From: a virus
Lineage: Duplodnaviria; Caudoviricetes
DNA length: 40,411 nucleotides
Virus record (IMG/VR): IMGVR_UViG_3300025875_000060
Span: 1 to 40,411 of that record
Reading direction: 5' to 3' (one strand)
Below are positions 24,917 through 33,816 of the stretch, piece after piece. Position 1 is the stretch's first letter; every line of letters starts with the position of its first letter. Position numbers and translations under genes: made by a program. The notes below the pieces were generated by a model, which was not told where the DNA came from, did not search any database, and was given only the letters and a program-made list of their open reading frames with translations.

Positions 24917-25155
24917 CCGCCGACGAGCAGCTGCTGGCCCACCTCGGCAACCAGGTCGACGCCGTCTTCGACTGCCAGGAGCCCACCCCGCTCGGCCCGT
25001 GCGTGTGGCCCGCCAACCACGACGGCGACCACACCGGGCTCCTGCCCCCCACACCGCTGTGCCGACTATGTCGTGGACGCGGCGACGTCGAAGACCCCAA
25101 CACCGGCGGCGACTTCACCTGCTGGCAGTGCTCCGGGACGGGGCTGGCGGCATGA
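24913..25155 (+). CDS. Small Cys/His-rich protein (CxxCxGxG zinc ribbon)
   Basis: [27 protein letters not shown]. Confidence 0.65.
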   Translation: MTADEQLLAHLGNQVDAVFDCQEPTPLGPCVWPANHDGDHTGLLPPTPLCRLCRGRGDVEDPNTGGDFTCWQCSGTGLAA

Positions 25156-25370
25156 GCGCCCAGTGCCCGGTCTGCCACGGCTCCGGCGGCTGGCAGCAGC
25201 ACGACGGCGCGATCGAGGAGTGCCCCCGCGGCTGCATGACCGAGGACGGACCCGACCCCGACGTGTGCGCCGACTGCGACCACCAACGCGCCTTCCACGC
25301 CCCCTGCCTCGGCCTCGACTGCACCTGCGGCGAGTTCGCCGAGCCCTCCCAGAACGGAGCAGCAGCATGA
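25152..25370 (+). CDS. Small Cys-rich protein
   Basis: [19 protein letters not shown]...H..C...CTCGEF. Confidence 0.65.
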   Translation: MSAQCPVCHGSGGWQQHDGAIEECPRGCMTEDGPDPDVCADCDHQRAFHAPCLGLDCTCGEFAEPSQNGAAA

Positions 25371-26080
25371 CCGGCTGGCACGAGGGCCCGTTCCTGGCCT
25401 TCGACACCGAGACGACCGGCACCGACTGCGACGTCGACCGCATCGTCACCGCCACCACCGTGCTCCTGCAGCCCGGCGCTCAGCCGGAGGTCACGTCCTG
25501 GCTCATCAACCCCGGCGTCCCCATCCCTGCCGAGGCCACCGCCGTCCACGGCATCACCGACGACCACGCCCTCACCCACGGGCGTCCGCCGGCCGAGTGC
25601 CTGGCCGAGATCGCGCGCAACTTCGAGACCGCGATCCTGTGCGAGGTTCCGGTGTTGGTCTACAACGCTCCCTACGACCTGACGATCTTCGACCGGGAGC
25701 TGCACAGACACCTCGGAACGGGACTGGGGCCGTTCACTCCGACGCTCGTCCTTGACCCGTTCGTCATCGACAAGGCCGTCGACCGGTACCGCAAGGGCAA
25801 GCGCACCCTCACCGCCGCCTGCGAGCACTACGGCGTCACCCACGGCGGCGCCCACGACGCGACCGCCGACGCGCTCGCCGCAGCACGGGTCATGTGGGCC
25901 CTCGCCCGCCGCCACCCCGCAGTCGGCGGACGCAGCCTGCCTGAGCTCCACGCCGACCAGGTGCGCTGGGCCGCCGAGCAGGCCGCCTCGTTCCGCGACT
26001 ACCTGATCAAGCAGGGCCGCACCGACGACCTGCCCACCGGCGAATGGCCGATGCGCGTGCTCGAGCAGGTGGCGGCATGA
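25367..26080 (+). CDS. DEDDh 3'-5' exonuclease (DnaQ/epsilon-like)
   Basis: FDTETTG, VHGIT, YNAPYD, AHDATADA. Confidence 0.9.
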   Translation: MTGWHEGPFLAFDTETTGTDCDVDRIVTATTVLLQPGAQPEVTSWLINPGVPIPAEATAVHGITDDHALTHGRPPAECLAEIARNFETAILCEVPVLVYNAPYDLTIFDRELHRHLGTGLGPFTPTLVLDPFVIDKAVDRYRKGKRTLTAACEHYGVTHGGAHDATADALAAARVMWALARRHPAVGGRSLPELHADQVRWAAEQAASFRDYLIKQGRTDDLPTGEWPMRVLEQVAA

Positions 26081-26754
26081 GCCTCACTGTGCTGCCCGAC
26101 CTGATCCAGGGCACCGACGAGTGGCACGACCAGCGCCGCGGCATCGTCACCGCCTCCGTCGTCGACCAGCTGATCACCACCAAGACCATCCAGCCGGCCA
26201 ACAACGACCACTCCCGCAGCCTCGTCGCCCTGCTGGTCGCCGAGCGCATCACCGGCTGGACCGACCCCACCTACCTCGGCGACGACATGTTGCGCGGCAT
26301 GGAGGACGAGCCTCTCGCCGTCGCCAAGTACGCCGAGCACTTCGCCCCGGTTAGCACGGCCGGGTTCATGGTCCGCGACGACTGGGGCTTCCGGATCGGC
26401 TACTCCCCCGACGGGCTCGTCGGCGACGACGGCCTGGTGGAGGTCAAGTCACGACGGCCCAAAAAGCACCTGCAGACCATCCTCTCCGGCGAAGTGCCAC
26501 CGGAAAACGCCGCCCAGATCCAGTGCGGCCTCCTCGTCTCCGGCCGCAAGTGGTGCGACTACCTCTCCTACTGCGGCGGGATGCCCCTCTACCGCATCCA
26601 CGTGGTCCCGGACGAGCGGTGGTTCACCGCGATCGTCGGCGCCGTCAAGGCGTTCGAGGACACCGCGGCGCAGATGGTTCAGCAGTACCAGGCGGCCACC
26701 AAGGGCCTGCCCTCAACCGAACGCTCCCCCGACTTCGAAGACATGGTGATCTGA
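26077..26754 (+). CDS. YqaJ / lambda-exonuclease-family recombination nuclease
   Basis: QGTDEWHDQRRGIVTAS, GYSPDGL, EVKS, QIQCGL. Confidence 0.9.
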   Translation: MSLTVLPDLIQGTDEWHDQRRGIVTASVVDQLITTKTIQPANNDHSRSLVALLVAERITGWTDPTYLGDDMLRGMEDEPLAVAKYAEHFAPVSTAGFMVRDDWGFRIGYSPDGLVGDDGLVEVKSRRPKKHLQTILSGEVPPENAAQIQCGLLVSGRKWCDYLSYCGGMPLYRIHVVPDERWFTAIVGAVKAFEDTAAQMVQQYQAATKGLPSTERSPDFEDMVI

Positions 26755-26755
26755 C

Positions 26756-27454
26756 GTGCTCGACATGACCGACTCCATCGCACCCCGCTCCGACCAGCTC
26801 AACGCCGACGACCTCATGTCCGGCCCCCGCACCTTCACCATCGCCGAGGTCAAGCGCGGCAGCACCGAGCAGCCGATCGACGTACACCTCGTCGAGTTCC
26901 CCGGCCGCCCGTTCAAGCCGTCCAAGTCGATGCGCCGCGTCATGGTCGCCGCCTGGGGCAAGGACGCCTCCACCTACGGAGGCCGACGACTCACCCTCTA
27001 CCGCGATCCCACCGTCCGCTTCGGCGGGCAGGAGATCGGCGGCATCCGCATCAGCCATCTCGACGGCATCGACCAGGCCCTCACCCTCGCGCTCACGGTG
27101 ACCCGGGGGAAGCGATCCCCGTACGTGGTGCAGCCCCTCCCGAAGACGGCTGCGGCACCCCTGCCGACCGACCGCATCGGCAAGATGATCGCCGCGTTCG
27201 CCGCCCAGCACGTCGACCTCGACCGGCTCGAAGCGAAGGTCGGCAAGTCCCGTGCCGAGTGGACCGACGCCGACGTCACCAACGCCGCCGCCTGGTACAA
27301 GGCCATCACCAAGGACGGCGCCGACGTCGATGACCTGTTCCCCGACCCCGACGTCACGGTGCCGGACCAGACGACTCTGCCCGAGGACTGGGTCGACGAG
27401 CCCCCGGCCGACTGGAAGCCCGACAGTGACGACACCGCGGCCGGTGAGCAGTGA
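26756..27454 (+). CDS. Conserved protein next to YqaJ exonuclease (candidate annealing partner)
   Basis: PRSDQLNADDL..GP, PFKPSKSMRRV, LYRDP.V.FGG, GGIRISH; start may be 26765. Confidence 0.65.
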   Translation: MLDMTDSIAPRSDQLNADDLMSGPRTFTIAEVKRGSTEQPIDVHLVEFPGRPFKPSKSMRRVMVAAWGKDASTYGGRRLTLYRDPTVRFGGQEIGGIRISHLDGIDQALTLALTVTRGKRSPYVVQPLPKTAAAPLPTDRIGKMIAAFAAQHVDLDRLEAKVGKSRAEWTDADVTNAAAWYKAITKDGADVDDLFPDPDVTVPDQTTLPEDWVDEPPADWKPDSDDTAAGEQ

Positions 27455-27816
27455 GCGCCGCGAAGGCCCGCGGGACGCGCTGGGAGTCGCAGGTCGTCGA
27501 CTACCTGCTGTCCCGCGGCTTCAAGTACGCCGAACGCCGCAGCCTCGCCGGGGCCCGCGACAAGGGCGACATCACCGGCATCCCCGGCCTGGTCATCGAG
27601 TGCAAGTCCCAGCAACGCCACTCGTTGGCCGAGTGGTGCGACGAAGCGGAGACCGAGCGCGAGAACGCGGGCGCCGAGTACGGAGTCGCCTGGATCAAGC
27701 GCCGCGGCCGCACCTCCGCTGGCGCTGGCTACGTGCTCATGGACGGCATGACGTTCACCGCACTCCTCCACGCCGCCGGCTACGGCGACCCATCAGCATC
27801 CGAAGGAGCGGCGTGA
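27451..27816 (+). CDS. Holliday junction resolvase (PD-(D/E)xK, Hjc-like)
   Basis: KARGTRWE, DKGDI, VIECK, W..EAE.E. Confidence 0.8.
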   Translation: MSAAKARGTRWESQVVDYLLSRGFKYAERRSLAGARDKGDITGIPGLVIECKSQQRHSLAEWCDEAETERENAGAEYGVAWIKRRGRTSAGAGYVLMDGMTFTALLHAAGYGDPSASEGAA

Positions 27817-29375
27817 GCCTCACCCTGACTGACCTGTTCTGCGGCGCCGGCGGTTCCGCTCAGGGCGCCCACGCCGTCCCCGGCATCGAGCTGCGCCTGG
27901 CCGCGAACCACTGGCAGCTCGCAGTCGACTCCCACGCCGAGAACTTCCCCGACGCCGACCACCTGGTCGCCGACATCTCCCAGGTCGACCCACGGCGCAT
28001 CCCGCGCACCGACCTGCTGTGGGCATCCCCCGAGTGCACCAACCACTCCCAGGCCAAGGGAGTCAAGCGGCACGCACAGCCCGACCTGTTCGGCGAGACC
28101 CTGCCCACCGAGGCGGCGGAGCGGTCCCGGGCCACCATGTGGGACGTCCCCCGGTTCGCCGAGCGACACGCCTACCGAGCGATCGTCGTGGAGAACGTCG
28201 TCGACGCCGCCAAGTGGGTCATGTGGGACGCCTGGCTGATGGCCATGACCTCCCTCGGTTACACCCACCAGCTGGTGTCGCTGAACTCAATGCACGCCCC
28301 CGCCGCGATCGCCCCTCGGGCCCCGCAGTCCCGCGACCGGCTGTACATCGTCTTCTCCCGCGACGGCGACCCCCGCCCCGACGTCACCCCTCGCCCGCTG
28401 GCGCACTGCACCAGCTGCGACAGCGAGGTCCCCGCCGTTCAGGTGTTCAAGCCCGGCCGCCGGGTCGGGCGGTACCGGCAGCAGTACGTGTACCGGTGCC
28501 CGCGAACCGCCTGCCGCGGCGCCCTGGTTGAGCCCTACGCCCTGCCGGCGGCCTCAGCCATCGACTGGACGATGCCCGGCCAGCGCATCGGCGACCGGGT
28601 CAAGCCGCTGTCGGAGAAGACACTCGCCAGGATCGAGGCCGGACTGGCCCGGTATGCCGGACGACCACTAACCTTCGAGGCCCGCGGCAACACGTTCGTC
28701 CGCACCGGCAATGACGGCCGACCGGTGTATGCCCGGGCCTGGCCGGTCGACCAACCGACCGCCACTCTGACGACCTCGGAGACCCGGGCACTGGTTGTCC
28801 CGGTTGAGGGCCGCGACGGGAAACAGGCCCAGCACGCCGCCGAGCCGATGCGGACCATGACCACCCGCGCCGAGACCGCGCTCGTCGTCCCCTACTACGG
28901 CAGCCAGCGCGAGGCCGTCCCCGCCGGGCGACCGATGCCGACCATGGGCACCGTCGACACCGCAGGCATTGCGTTCATCGCCGAGCTCCGCGGAGGCGGA
29001 TCAACCCACCGCGACGTCCGCGAGCCACTCGCCACCCTCACCGCCTCCGGCACCCACCACATGCTCGTCCGGCACAACAGCAGCAGGGGTGACGGCGGCG
29101 AGATGTGCACCTCCGCCACCGAACCGGCCCGCACCGTCACCACCGCCGGCCACCAGTCGATCGTCGGCTGGCCCGCACCGACCCCGGTCGTCGACGACTG
29201 CACGTTCCGGATGCTCGAGCCCCACGAGATCCAGGCCGCCATGGCCTTCCACGGCGACTACCGGGTCCTGGGCAACCGGCGCGAGCGGGTGCGCCAGCTG
29301 GGCAACGCCGTCACCCCACCCGCCGCCGAGTTCTTGCTGACCGGCATCACGGCCGCCCTGGACGGCGCCGCATGA
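27813..29375 (+). CDS. DNA (cytosine-5) methyltransferase, orphan
   Basis: DLFCGAGG, WASPEC, VENV, QSRDR, GNAV motifs. Confidence 0.9.
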   Translation: MSLTLTDLFCGAGGSAQGAHAVPGIELRLAANHWQLAVDSHAENFPDADHLVADISQVDPRRIPRTDLLWASPECTNHSQAKGVKRHAQPDLFGETLPTEAAERSRATMWDVPRFAERHAYRAIVVENVVDAAKWVMWDAWLMAMTSLGYTHQLVSLNSMHAPAAIAPRAPQSRDRLYIVFSRDGDPRPDVTPRPLAHCTSCDSEVPAVQVFKPGRRVGRYRQQYVYRCPRTACRGALVEPYALPAASAIDWTMPGQRIGDRVKPLSEKTLARIEAGLARYAGRPLTFEARGNTFVRTGNDGRPVYARAWPVDQPTATLTTSETRALVVPVEGRDGKQAQHAAEPMRTMTTRAETALVVPYYGSQREAVPAGRPMPTMGTVDTAGIAFIAELRGGGSTHRDVREPLATLTASGTHHMLVRHNSSRGDGGEMCTSATEPARTVTTAGHQSIVGWPAPTPVVDDCTFRMLEPHEIQAAMAFHGDYRVLGNRRERVRQLGNAVTPPAAEFLLTGITAALDGAA

Positions 29376-29806
29376 CCCTCCCAGCACCGCCGTCCTGGAT
29401 GGCTGACGCCCTGTGCGGCTGGGCCGACGCCGACCTGTGGTTCCCCGAGCCCAGCAGGTCCTCCGCCCCGGCGAAGCGCATCTGCAACGGCACCACCGGC
29501 CGGCCACCATGCCCAGTCAAGGCCGACTGCCTCACGCACGCCCTCGCCAACGGCGAGCGCTACGGGACGTGGGGCGGCCTGTCCGAACGGGAACGGGCAC
29601 CGCTGCACAAGGCCACCGGCCGACCACCCCGCACGCAGCCACACAAGCGGCAGCCACGCCGGCTCATCACCGACGACCAGCGGCAGCAGATCCGCGACCT
29701 GACCGTCATCAACGGGCTGTCGATCCGGGACATCTCGCGCAAGCTCGGCATCTCCGAGGGCAGCGTGTCCCGCGTCCGCGCCGCCATGCGCAGGGACGCG
29801 GCGTGA
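29372..29806 (+). CDS. whiB: WhiB-family transcription factor with C-terminal HTH
   Basis: Four Cys (ALC, RIC, CPVKADC), GTWGGLSERER; C-terminal LSIRDISRKLGISEGSVSRV. Confidence 0.85.
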   Translation: MTLPAPPSWMADALCGWADADLWFPEPSRSSAPAKRICNGTTGRPPCPVKADCLTHALANGERYGTWGGLSERERAPLHKATGRPPRTQPHKRQPRRLITDDQRQQIRDLTVINGLSIRDISRKLGISEGSVSRVRAAMRRDAA

Positions 29807-30000
29807 ACGACTACACCGCGGTCGCCGCCGGCGGATGCACCGTCTGCCGCACCCAGGACACCGCCACGTTGGACGGCGTCCATGGTCGACGCTGCGCCGA
29901 GCACCCACCCACGTTCGACCCGTACAGGGCCGTCCAGCTCGCCATCACCGGGCGCCTGGGCACCGCGCTCGGCTACTGCAGGACCGAGCTGGCCGCATGA
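29803..30000 (+). CDS. Small Cys/His protein
   Basis: CTVC...RCAEH; coupled overlaps. Confidence 0.6.
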   Translation: MNDYTAVAAGGCTVCRTQDTATLDGVHGRRCAEHPPTFDPYRAVQLAITGRLGTALGYCRTELAA

Positions 30001-30381
30001 GCGGTCAGTCCAGCGTGCGCAGATCCTCCGACCGGTGCCAGCCTGAGGAGATCTGGCGACCGGTGCCCGGCTACGAGCATCTCTACGAAGTCAGCGACCG
30101 CGGCCGGGTGATGTCGCTTCCCAAGCGCGGACGCTCTGCACACCCGCCACAGCTTGACGCTGCGGTAGCCCCGTCCCGAGAACCTGGCATGGGGCACCGC
30201 CGTCGAGAAAGTGGCAGACAGCCGGCGACTCGGAGTTCTGCGCAACCTGAAGAAGACGCATTGCCCGGCAGGTCACGCATACACCCCGGACAACACGATG
30301 ACCGTCGTGCGGCGGACGAGGAAGTCCACTGAGCGGGTGTGCATCACCTGTCGCCGTCAGAGGCGCCGCAAAGCCGCCTAA
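29997..30381 (+). pseudogene. Degenerate NUMOD4-HNH homing endonuclease
   Basis: EIWRPVPGYEHLYEVSDRGRV (NUMOD4) in one frame; ENLAWGT...KTHCPAGHAY...CITC in another; HNH core missing. Confidence 0.75.
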
Positions 30382-30458
30382 CCACGACCGCCCGACACAC
30401 CCACCGAGACCGCGAAGTAGACCGACGCCCACCCAGGCCCGGACGAACGGGGACCACC

Positions 30459-30752
30459 ATGACCGCAGACCCACCACCACCAGGCGACTTGCTCGACCTC
30501 ATCTGCCGACAGATGCTCGCCGAGACGCTGCTCCCATGTCGGGAAGTGCCCCGCGATGTCCGAGCTGGGTGGGCGGCGCTAGCAGCCGACCGAAATGCAG
30601 CATTGCACGACATGGGGTTGTCCACAGGGGTGGACAGCGAAATGCACAAATCCCCAAGTTGGAAACGGCTTTCGCGTGTGGATAACGCCGTTCGGGAGGG
30701 GGAGAATGGTCGCAGCCCCGCCGGTGCGGGAACACCGAACAGGGCCGCTTGA
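30459..30752 (+). CDS. Hypothetical protein overlapping DnaA boxes
   Basis: GGGGA RBS; the C-terminal part may be regulatory DNA rather than functional protein. Confidence 0.45.
   Translation: MTADPPPPGDLLDLICRQMLAETLLPCREVPRDVRAGWAALAADRNAALHDMGLSTGVDSEMHKSPSWKRLSRVDNAVREGENGRSPAGAGTPNRAA
30618..30685. promoter_or_regulatory. DnaA-box cluster
   Basis: TTGTCCACA (30618-30626), TGTGGATAA (30677-30685), degenerate GGTGGACAG between them. Confidence 0.65.
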
Positions 30753-30844
30753 CCCACCTTCATCGCTGCCCAAAAAGGAGGGCCCTCGGTGAGTATTCCG
30801 CCACCACTGCCGCGGCACAAGCCATTCATGCACGCCCACAGACC

Positions 30845-31486
30845 ATGGTGAGCGGCACGACCGGAACAGATGTCGACCGGTATGAGTGGGAACGACTCGT
30901 ACGCCGTGCCCGGATTGGCTCCACCACCAAGTACGTGGGCATGACCATGGCCCAGTACGCCAACCGCGACGGCAGCAGCATCAGGCCCGGTGTGGCCCGA
31001 CTCGTCGCCGTCACAGAACTGTCCGAGCGGACCGTACGAGGCGCCCTCACCCGACTTCGTCAGCTCGGGTTTGTCGAGCGGGTCCGCGAGGGGTCATCGC
31101 TGGGCCGGCGGGCGATCACCGACGAGTACCGGCTGACCATTCCGGTCGATCTTCTCGACCGCGTGGCGATGCTCGACCCCGACGAAACAGCGGCACCTGA
31201 TGCCGCTGTTCTCGACACATCACCGGCAGCTCCTGCCGCTGATACAGCCTCGGAAGCATCGGAACACCGGCAGCTCCTGCAGGGATCACCGGCAGCTCCT
31301 GCCAGAACACCGGCAACTGGTGCAGAGAACACCGGCAGGAGCTGCACCCCACCTAACCAAGACCAACCACAAGACCTAACCACTGACCAACGTGCTAGTT
31401 CCGTTCGGAACGTAACAACAGGAGACGACGTGCTCGCGCAGTTGATCGAGATCGACCGGATCGCGGCAAGGAGGCGGCCAGCGTGA
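30845..31486 (+). CDS. Replication initiator (N-terminal winged HTH)
   Basis: YANRDG.SIRPGVARL....ELSERTVRGALTRLRQLGFVERV; internal iterons; start uncertain. Confidence 0.8.
   Translation: MVSGTTGTDVDRYEWERLVRRARIGSTTKYVGMTMAQYANRDGSSIRPGVARLVAVTELSERTVRGALTRLRQLGFVERVREGSSLGRRAITDEYRLTIPVDLLDRVAMLDPDETAAPDAAVLDTSPAAPAADTASEASEHRQLLQGSPAAPARTPATGAENTGRSCTPPNQDQPQDLTTDQRASSVRNVTTGDDVLAQLIEIDRIAARRRPA
31188..31390 (+). repeat. Replication-origin iterons (CACCGGCAGCTCCTGC family) followed by an A/C-rich tract
   Basis: Copies at 31188, 31221, 31265, 31287, 31308, 31330. Confidence 0.8.
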
Positions 31487-31752
31487 CCACCGACCAGCCG
31501 CAGCTCGCCAAGAGCCGGCTCCTCGTCGCCCAAGCCCTCGAACGGGACCGCGCCGTAGCCTCCAAGCCCGACCCGCACGACACCGCCACGTGGCTCCTGG
31601 AGCAGCTTCAGACCGCCGGATGGACCCCGCCCCGTGACCTCACCGACGCGCCGCCCCTCGCCGGCCCCGGTGCACCCGAAGACGGGCCCGGGCGCCAGGA
31701 ATTCCGCAACTTCCGGGACAAGTTCGGTCAACGAACTCGAACTGACCGATGA
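31483..31752 (+). CDS. Hypothetical protein
   Basis: AGGAGG RBS, GTGA overlap, GWTPP motif. Confidence 0.65.
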   Translation: MTTDQPQLAKSRLLVAQALERDRAVASKPDPHDTATWLLEQLQTAGWTPPRDLTDAPPLAGPGAPEDGPGRQEFRNFRDKFGQRTRTDR

Positions 31753-31768
31753 CTGTCGCGTGTCACGC

Positions 31769-31797
31769 TTGACGGCGTGATAGTCCGCTGCCACGCT
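31769..31797 (+). promoter_or_regulatory. Putative sigma70-type promoter
   Basis: TTGACG-N17-CACGCT; the -35 is flanked by a TCACGC/GCGTGA inverted repeat. Confidence 0.45.
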
Positions 31798-31839
31798 CAA
31801 CGAACCGGACGTCGCCCCGTCCCAGACAGGAGACCCACG

Positions 31840-31947
31840 ATGACCTGCACCGTCATCGCCACCGCCTGGACCCTCGCGGGCACCGCGGTAGCCCTGGCCC
31901 TCGGCATCGCGGTGCGCATCGCAGACCGCGCCGAGCGGCAGCCGTGA
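31840..31947 (+). CDS. 35-aa hydrophobic mini-protein
   Basis: AGGAGA RBS; MTCTVIATAWTLAGTAVALALGIAVRIADRAERQP. Confidence 0.5.
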   Translation: MTCTVIATAWTLAGTAVALALGIAVRIADRAERQP

Positions 31948-32156
31948 TCTACCCCCGCAGCATCCGCGACCTGTGCGCCGAACTGCTCAACGCGGCCATG
32001 GAAGCGCTGGTCAGAGGCACGCACGTTCGTCGTTCCCGGGCGCGTTGATGGCCGGCGGCGGGGTGGTTGGGGGGTGGTTGTGTCCCGGCCCCACATGCCC
32101 GCCGCGGGGCAACTGCAAGACCTCCTGCCCTCTGACAAGCAAGAAGGAGAACTGAC

Positions 32157-32576
32157 GTGACGACACGAACCCGCATCACGGCGACCCCGCTGTACCCCGG
32201 ATCGTTCTTCCCCGAGGACGGGCGGCCGGTCGAGTTGCCCGACGCGAGCTTTGAGGCAGCGCTGGCTGCTGTGACCGACGATGGCGGCTGGTTCGCCTTG
32301 CAGGTCACCACCGTGGAGCAGAAGCGATGGGACGACGGCGAAGGCGGCGAGCTCTGGAAGCAGATCGGCGCCCCCATCGCGGCCTACCGGATCTACGTCG
32401 GAGAGGAGTTCACCGCCGAGGACATCGAGTCGTGGCCTACCGCCGACCAGCACGACATCCTGCTGTCGAACATGCGCGGCAACGACTGGCCGACCGTGGT
32501 GAAGACGCGGCGCGGCAACTTCCAGCCGGTCGAGCACGGCGACGTCGTCATCGCTGCTGCCGGTGCCGTCGCGTGA
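32157..32576 (+). CDS. Hypothetical protein
   Basis: AAGGAG RBS; YPGSFFPE, ILLSNM..N.W..VVKTR.GNFQP. Confidence 0.75.
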   Translation: MTTRTRITATPLYPGSFFPEDGRPVELPDASFEAALAAVTDDGGWFALQVTTVEQKRWDDGEGGELWKQIGAPIAAYRIYVGEEFTAEDIESWPTADQHDILLSNMRGNDWPTVVKTRRGNFQPVEHGDVVIAAAGAVA

Positions 32577-32803
32577 CCGCCTTGCCGTTGGGGGAGTTCA
32601 CGGCCGCCGAGCGGGACACGCTGGCGAGGATCGAAGCCGCTGAGCCTGCGCCCGAGTCGTTGTCGGAGCGCGTCGCTGAGGCCCTGCACGCGCAGTTTGG
32701 ACCCGGCGATCCGTGGTCCGAAGCCACGCCCCTGAACCGTGACGGCTTCCTGATCGAAGCCCACGTCGCGCTCGACGTCGTGCGGTCGGAGGTTCGGTCG
32801 TGA
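32573..32803 (+). CDS. Hypothetical protein
   Basis: GTGA overlaps. Confidence 0.55.
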   Translation: MTALPLGEFTAAERDTLARIEAAEPAPESLSERVAEALHAQFGPGDPWSEATPLNRDGFLIEAHVALDVVRSEVRS

Positions 32804-33153
32804 CCGCCGATATTCGTGCCCGGCTGGCTGCTGTGGACGCCGCTGTCGCACTGGCGACGCCCGGGCCGTGGGCGGTGAGCGAGGACGCTATCGGCGGTGC
32901 GGACATCGTCAGCGAGAGCACCGACGTCTACGTGCTGGACGACCTCGGAGCCATGTACCGCGCCGACGCTGCCGCGATCGTGGCGTTGCGCAACACCGGA
33001 CCGGCCGCGGTCACAGCAGTCCAGGCGGTGCTGCAGCTGCACGTCGCGGTCCCGCGATGGCGATACGGGCCCAACTGTTGCGAGACCTGCCGGGTCGACT
33101 GGCCGTGCCCCACGGTCGCCGCCGTCTCGGCTGCGTTCGGGGACCCCCGATGA
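32800..33153 (+). CDS. Hypothetical protein (ATPGPW domain plus H-CxxC-WPC motif)
   Basis: ATPGPW...ADAAAIVALRN; LH...CETC..DWPCPT. Confidence 0.7.
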   Translation: MTADIRARLAAVDAAVALATPGPWAVSEDAIGGADIVSESTDVYVLDDLGAMYRADAAAIVALRNTGPAAVTAVQAVLQLHVAVPRWRYGPNCCETCRVDWPCPTVAAVSAAFGDPR

Positions 33154-33530
33154 CCGGCCCCACGCCCACCGGGCAGGACGACCAGCGCGGGCAGGCGATG
33201 ACGGCTGACGAGGCGATGCGTGAGATGGGGCTACACCGGCTACCTGCGGGTCCACTGTCCTTCCCGCAGCAGCGGCCGGTAGACGAGGTGTGGCCGGAAA
33301 CGGCAGGTGAGAACCCGAGCGACGACGCTGGCCGTGCTGGGCGTCTACGGCCAAGGTCGCCCGGGTCGCCACACCTCGCCGCTTCCCCGGCCGTGCAGCC
33401 CTCCGACGACGCGCAACGACTCGCCGCCGTGCTGGCGCTGCACGTGCAGCACTCGGCTGGGCCGTGGTGCGTCATGGACGAGGAGGACTACCCCTGCCGG
33501 ACCGTCCGCACCGCTGGGGGTGCCCGGTGA
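33150..33530 (+). CDS. Hypothetical protein with LH...C...YPCRT motif
   Basis: ATGA overlap; C-terminal motif. Confidence 0.6.
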   Translation: MTGPTPTGQDDQRGQAMTADEAMREMGLHRLPAGPLSFPQQRPVDEVWPETAGENPSDDAGRAGRLRPRSPGSPHLAASPAVQPSDDAQRLAAVLALHVQHSAGPWCVMDEEDYPCRTVRTAGGAR

Positions 33531-33700
33531 GCGCCTACCCAGCCGACGACGTCACCGCCCAAGCGCGCGTCCACGCGCCGTGCCCGTCCTGCAGCGCACG
33601 TCAGATCGGCTGCTTCACCCGCGAAGGCGAGATCGGCAGCTGGTGCTGCGGCGACTGCACCGCCCACAGCGGCAACCACGACTGGGAGGGCGTCAAGTGA
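33527..33700 (+). CDS. Small Cys-rich protein
   Basis: CPSC, CCGDC; coupled overlaps. Confidence 0.55.
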   Translation: MSAYPADDVTAQARVHAPCPSCSARQIGCFTREGEIGSWCCGDCTAHSGNHDWEGVK

Positions 33701-33816
33701 AGCTCATCAACTGGATCCGGCTGCACCTCCACCAGCTCTACGACGCCAACCCGGGGGTCTGCTGGGCCTGCCGCAAGCCCTGGCCGTGCGCCACGTACCG
33801 GCGACTGTCCCGATGA
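33697..33816 (+). CDS. 39-aa protein with LH...CxxC...WPCAT motif
   Basis: GGGAGG RBS; GTGA/ATGA overlaps. Confidence 0.6.
   Translation: MKLINWIRLHLHQLYDANPGVCWACRKPWPCATYRRLSR

Noticed and set aside
31188-31345. Repeats as a mini-CRISPR array
   Set aside because: 16-bp units with mostly 5-6 bp spacers, inside a coding gene, no cas genes; they fit iterons
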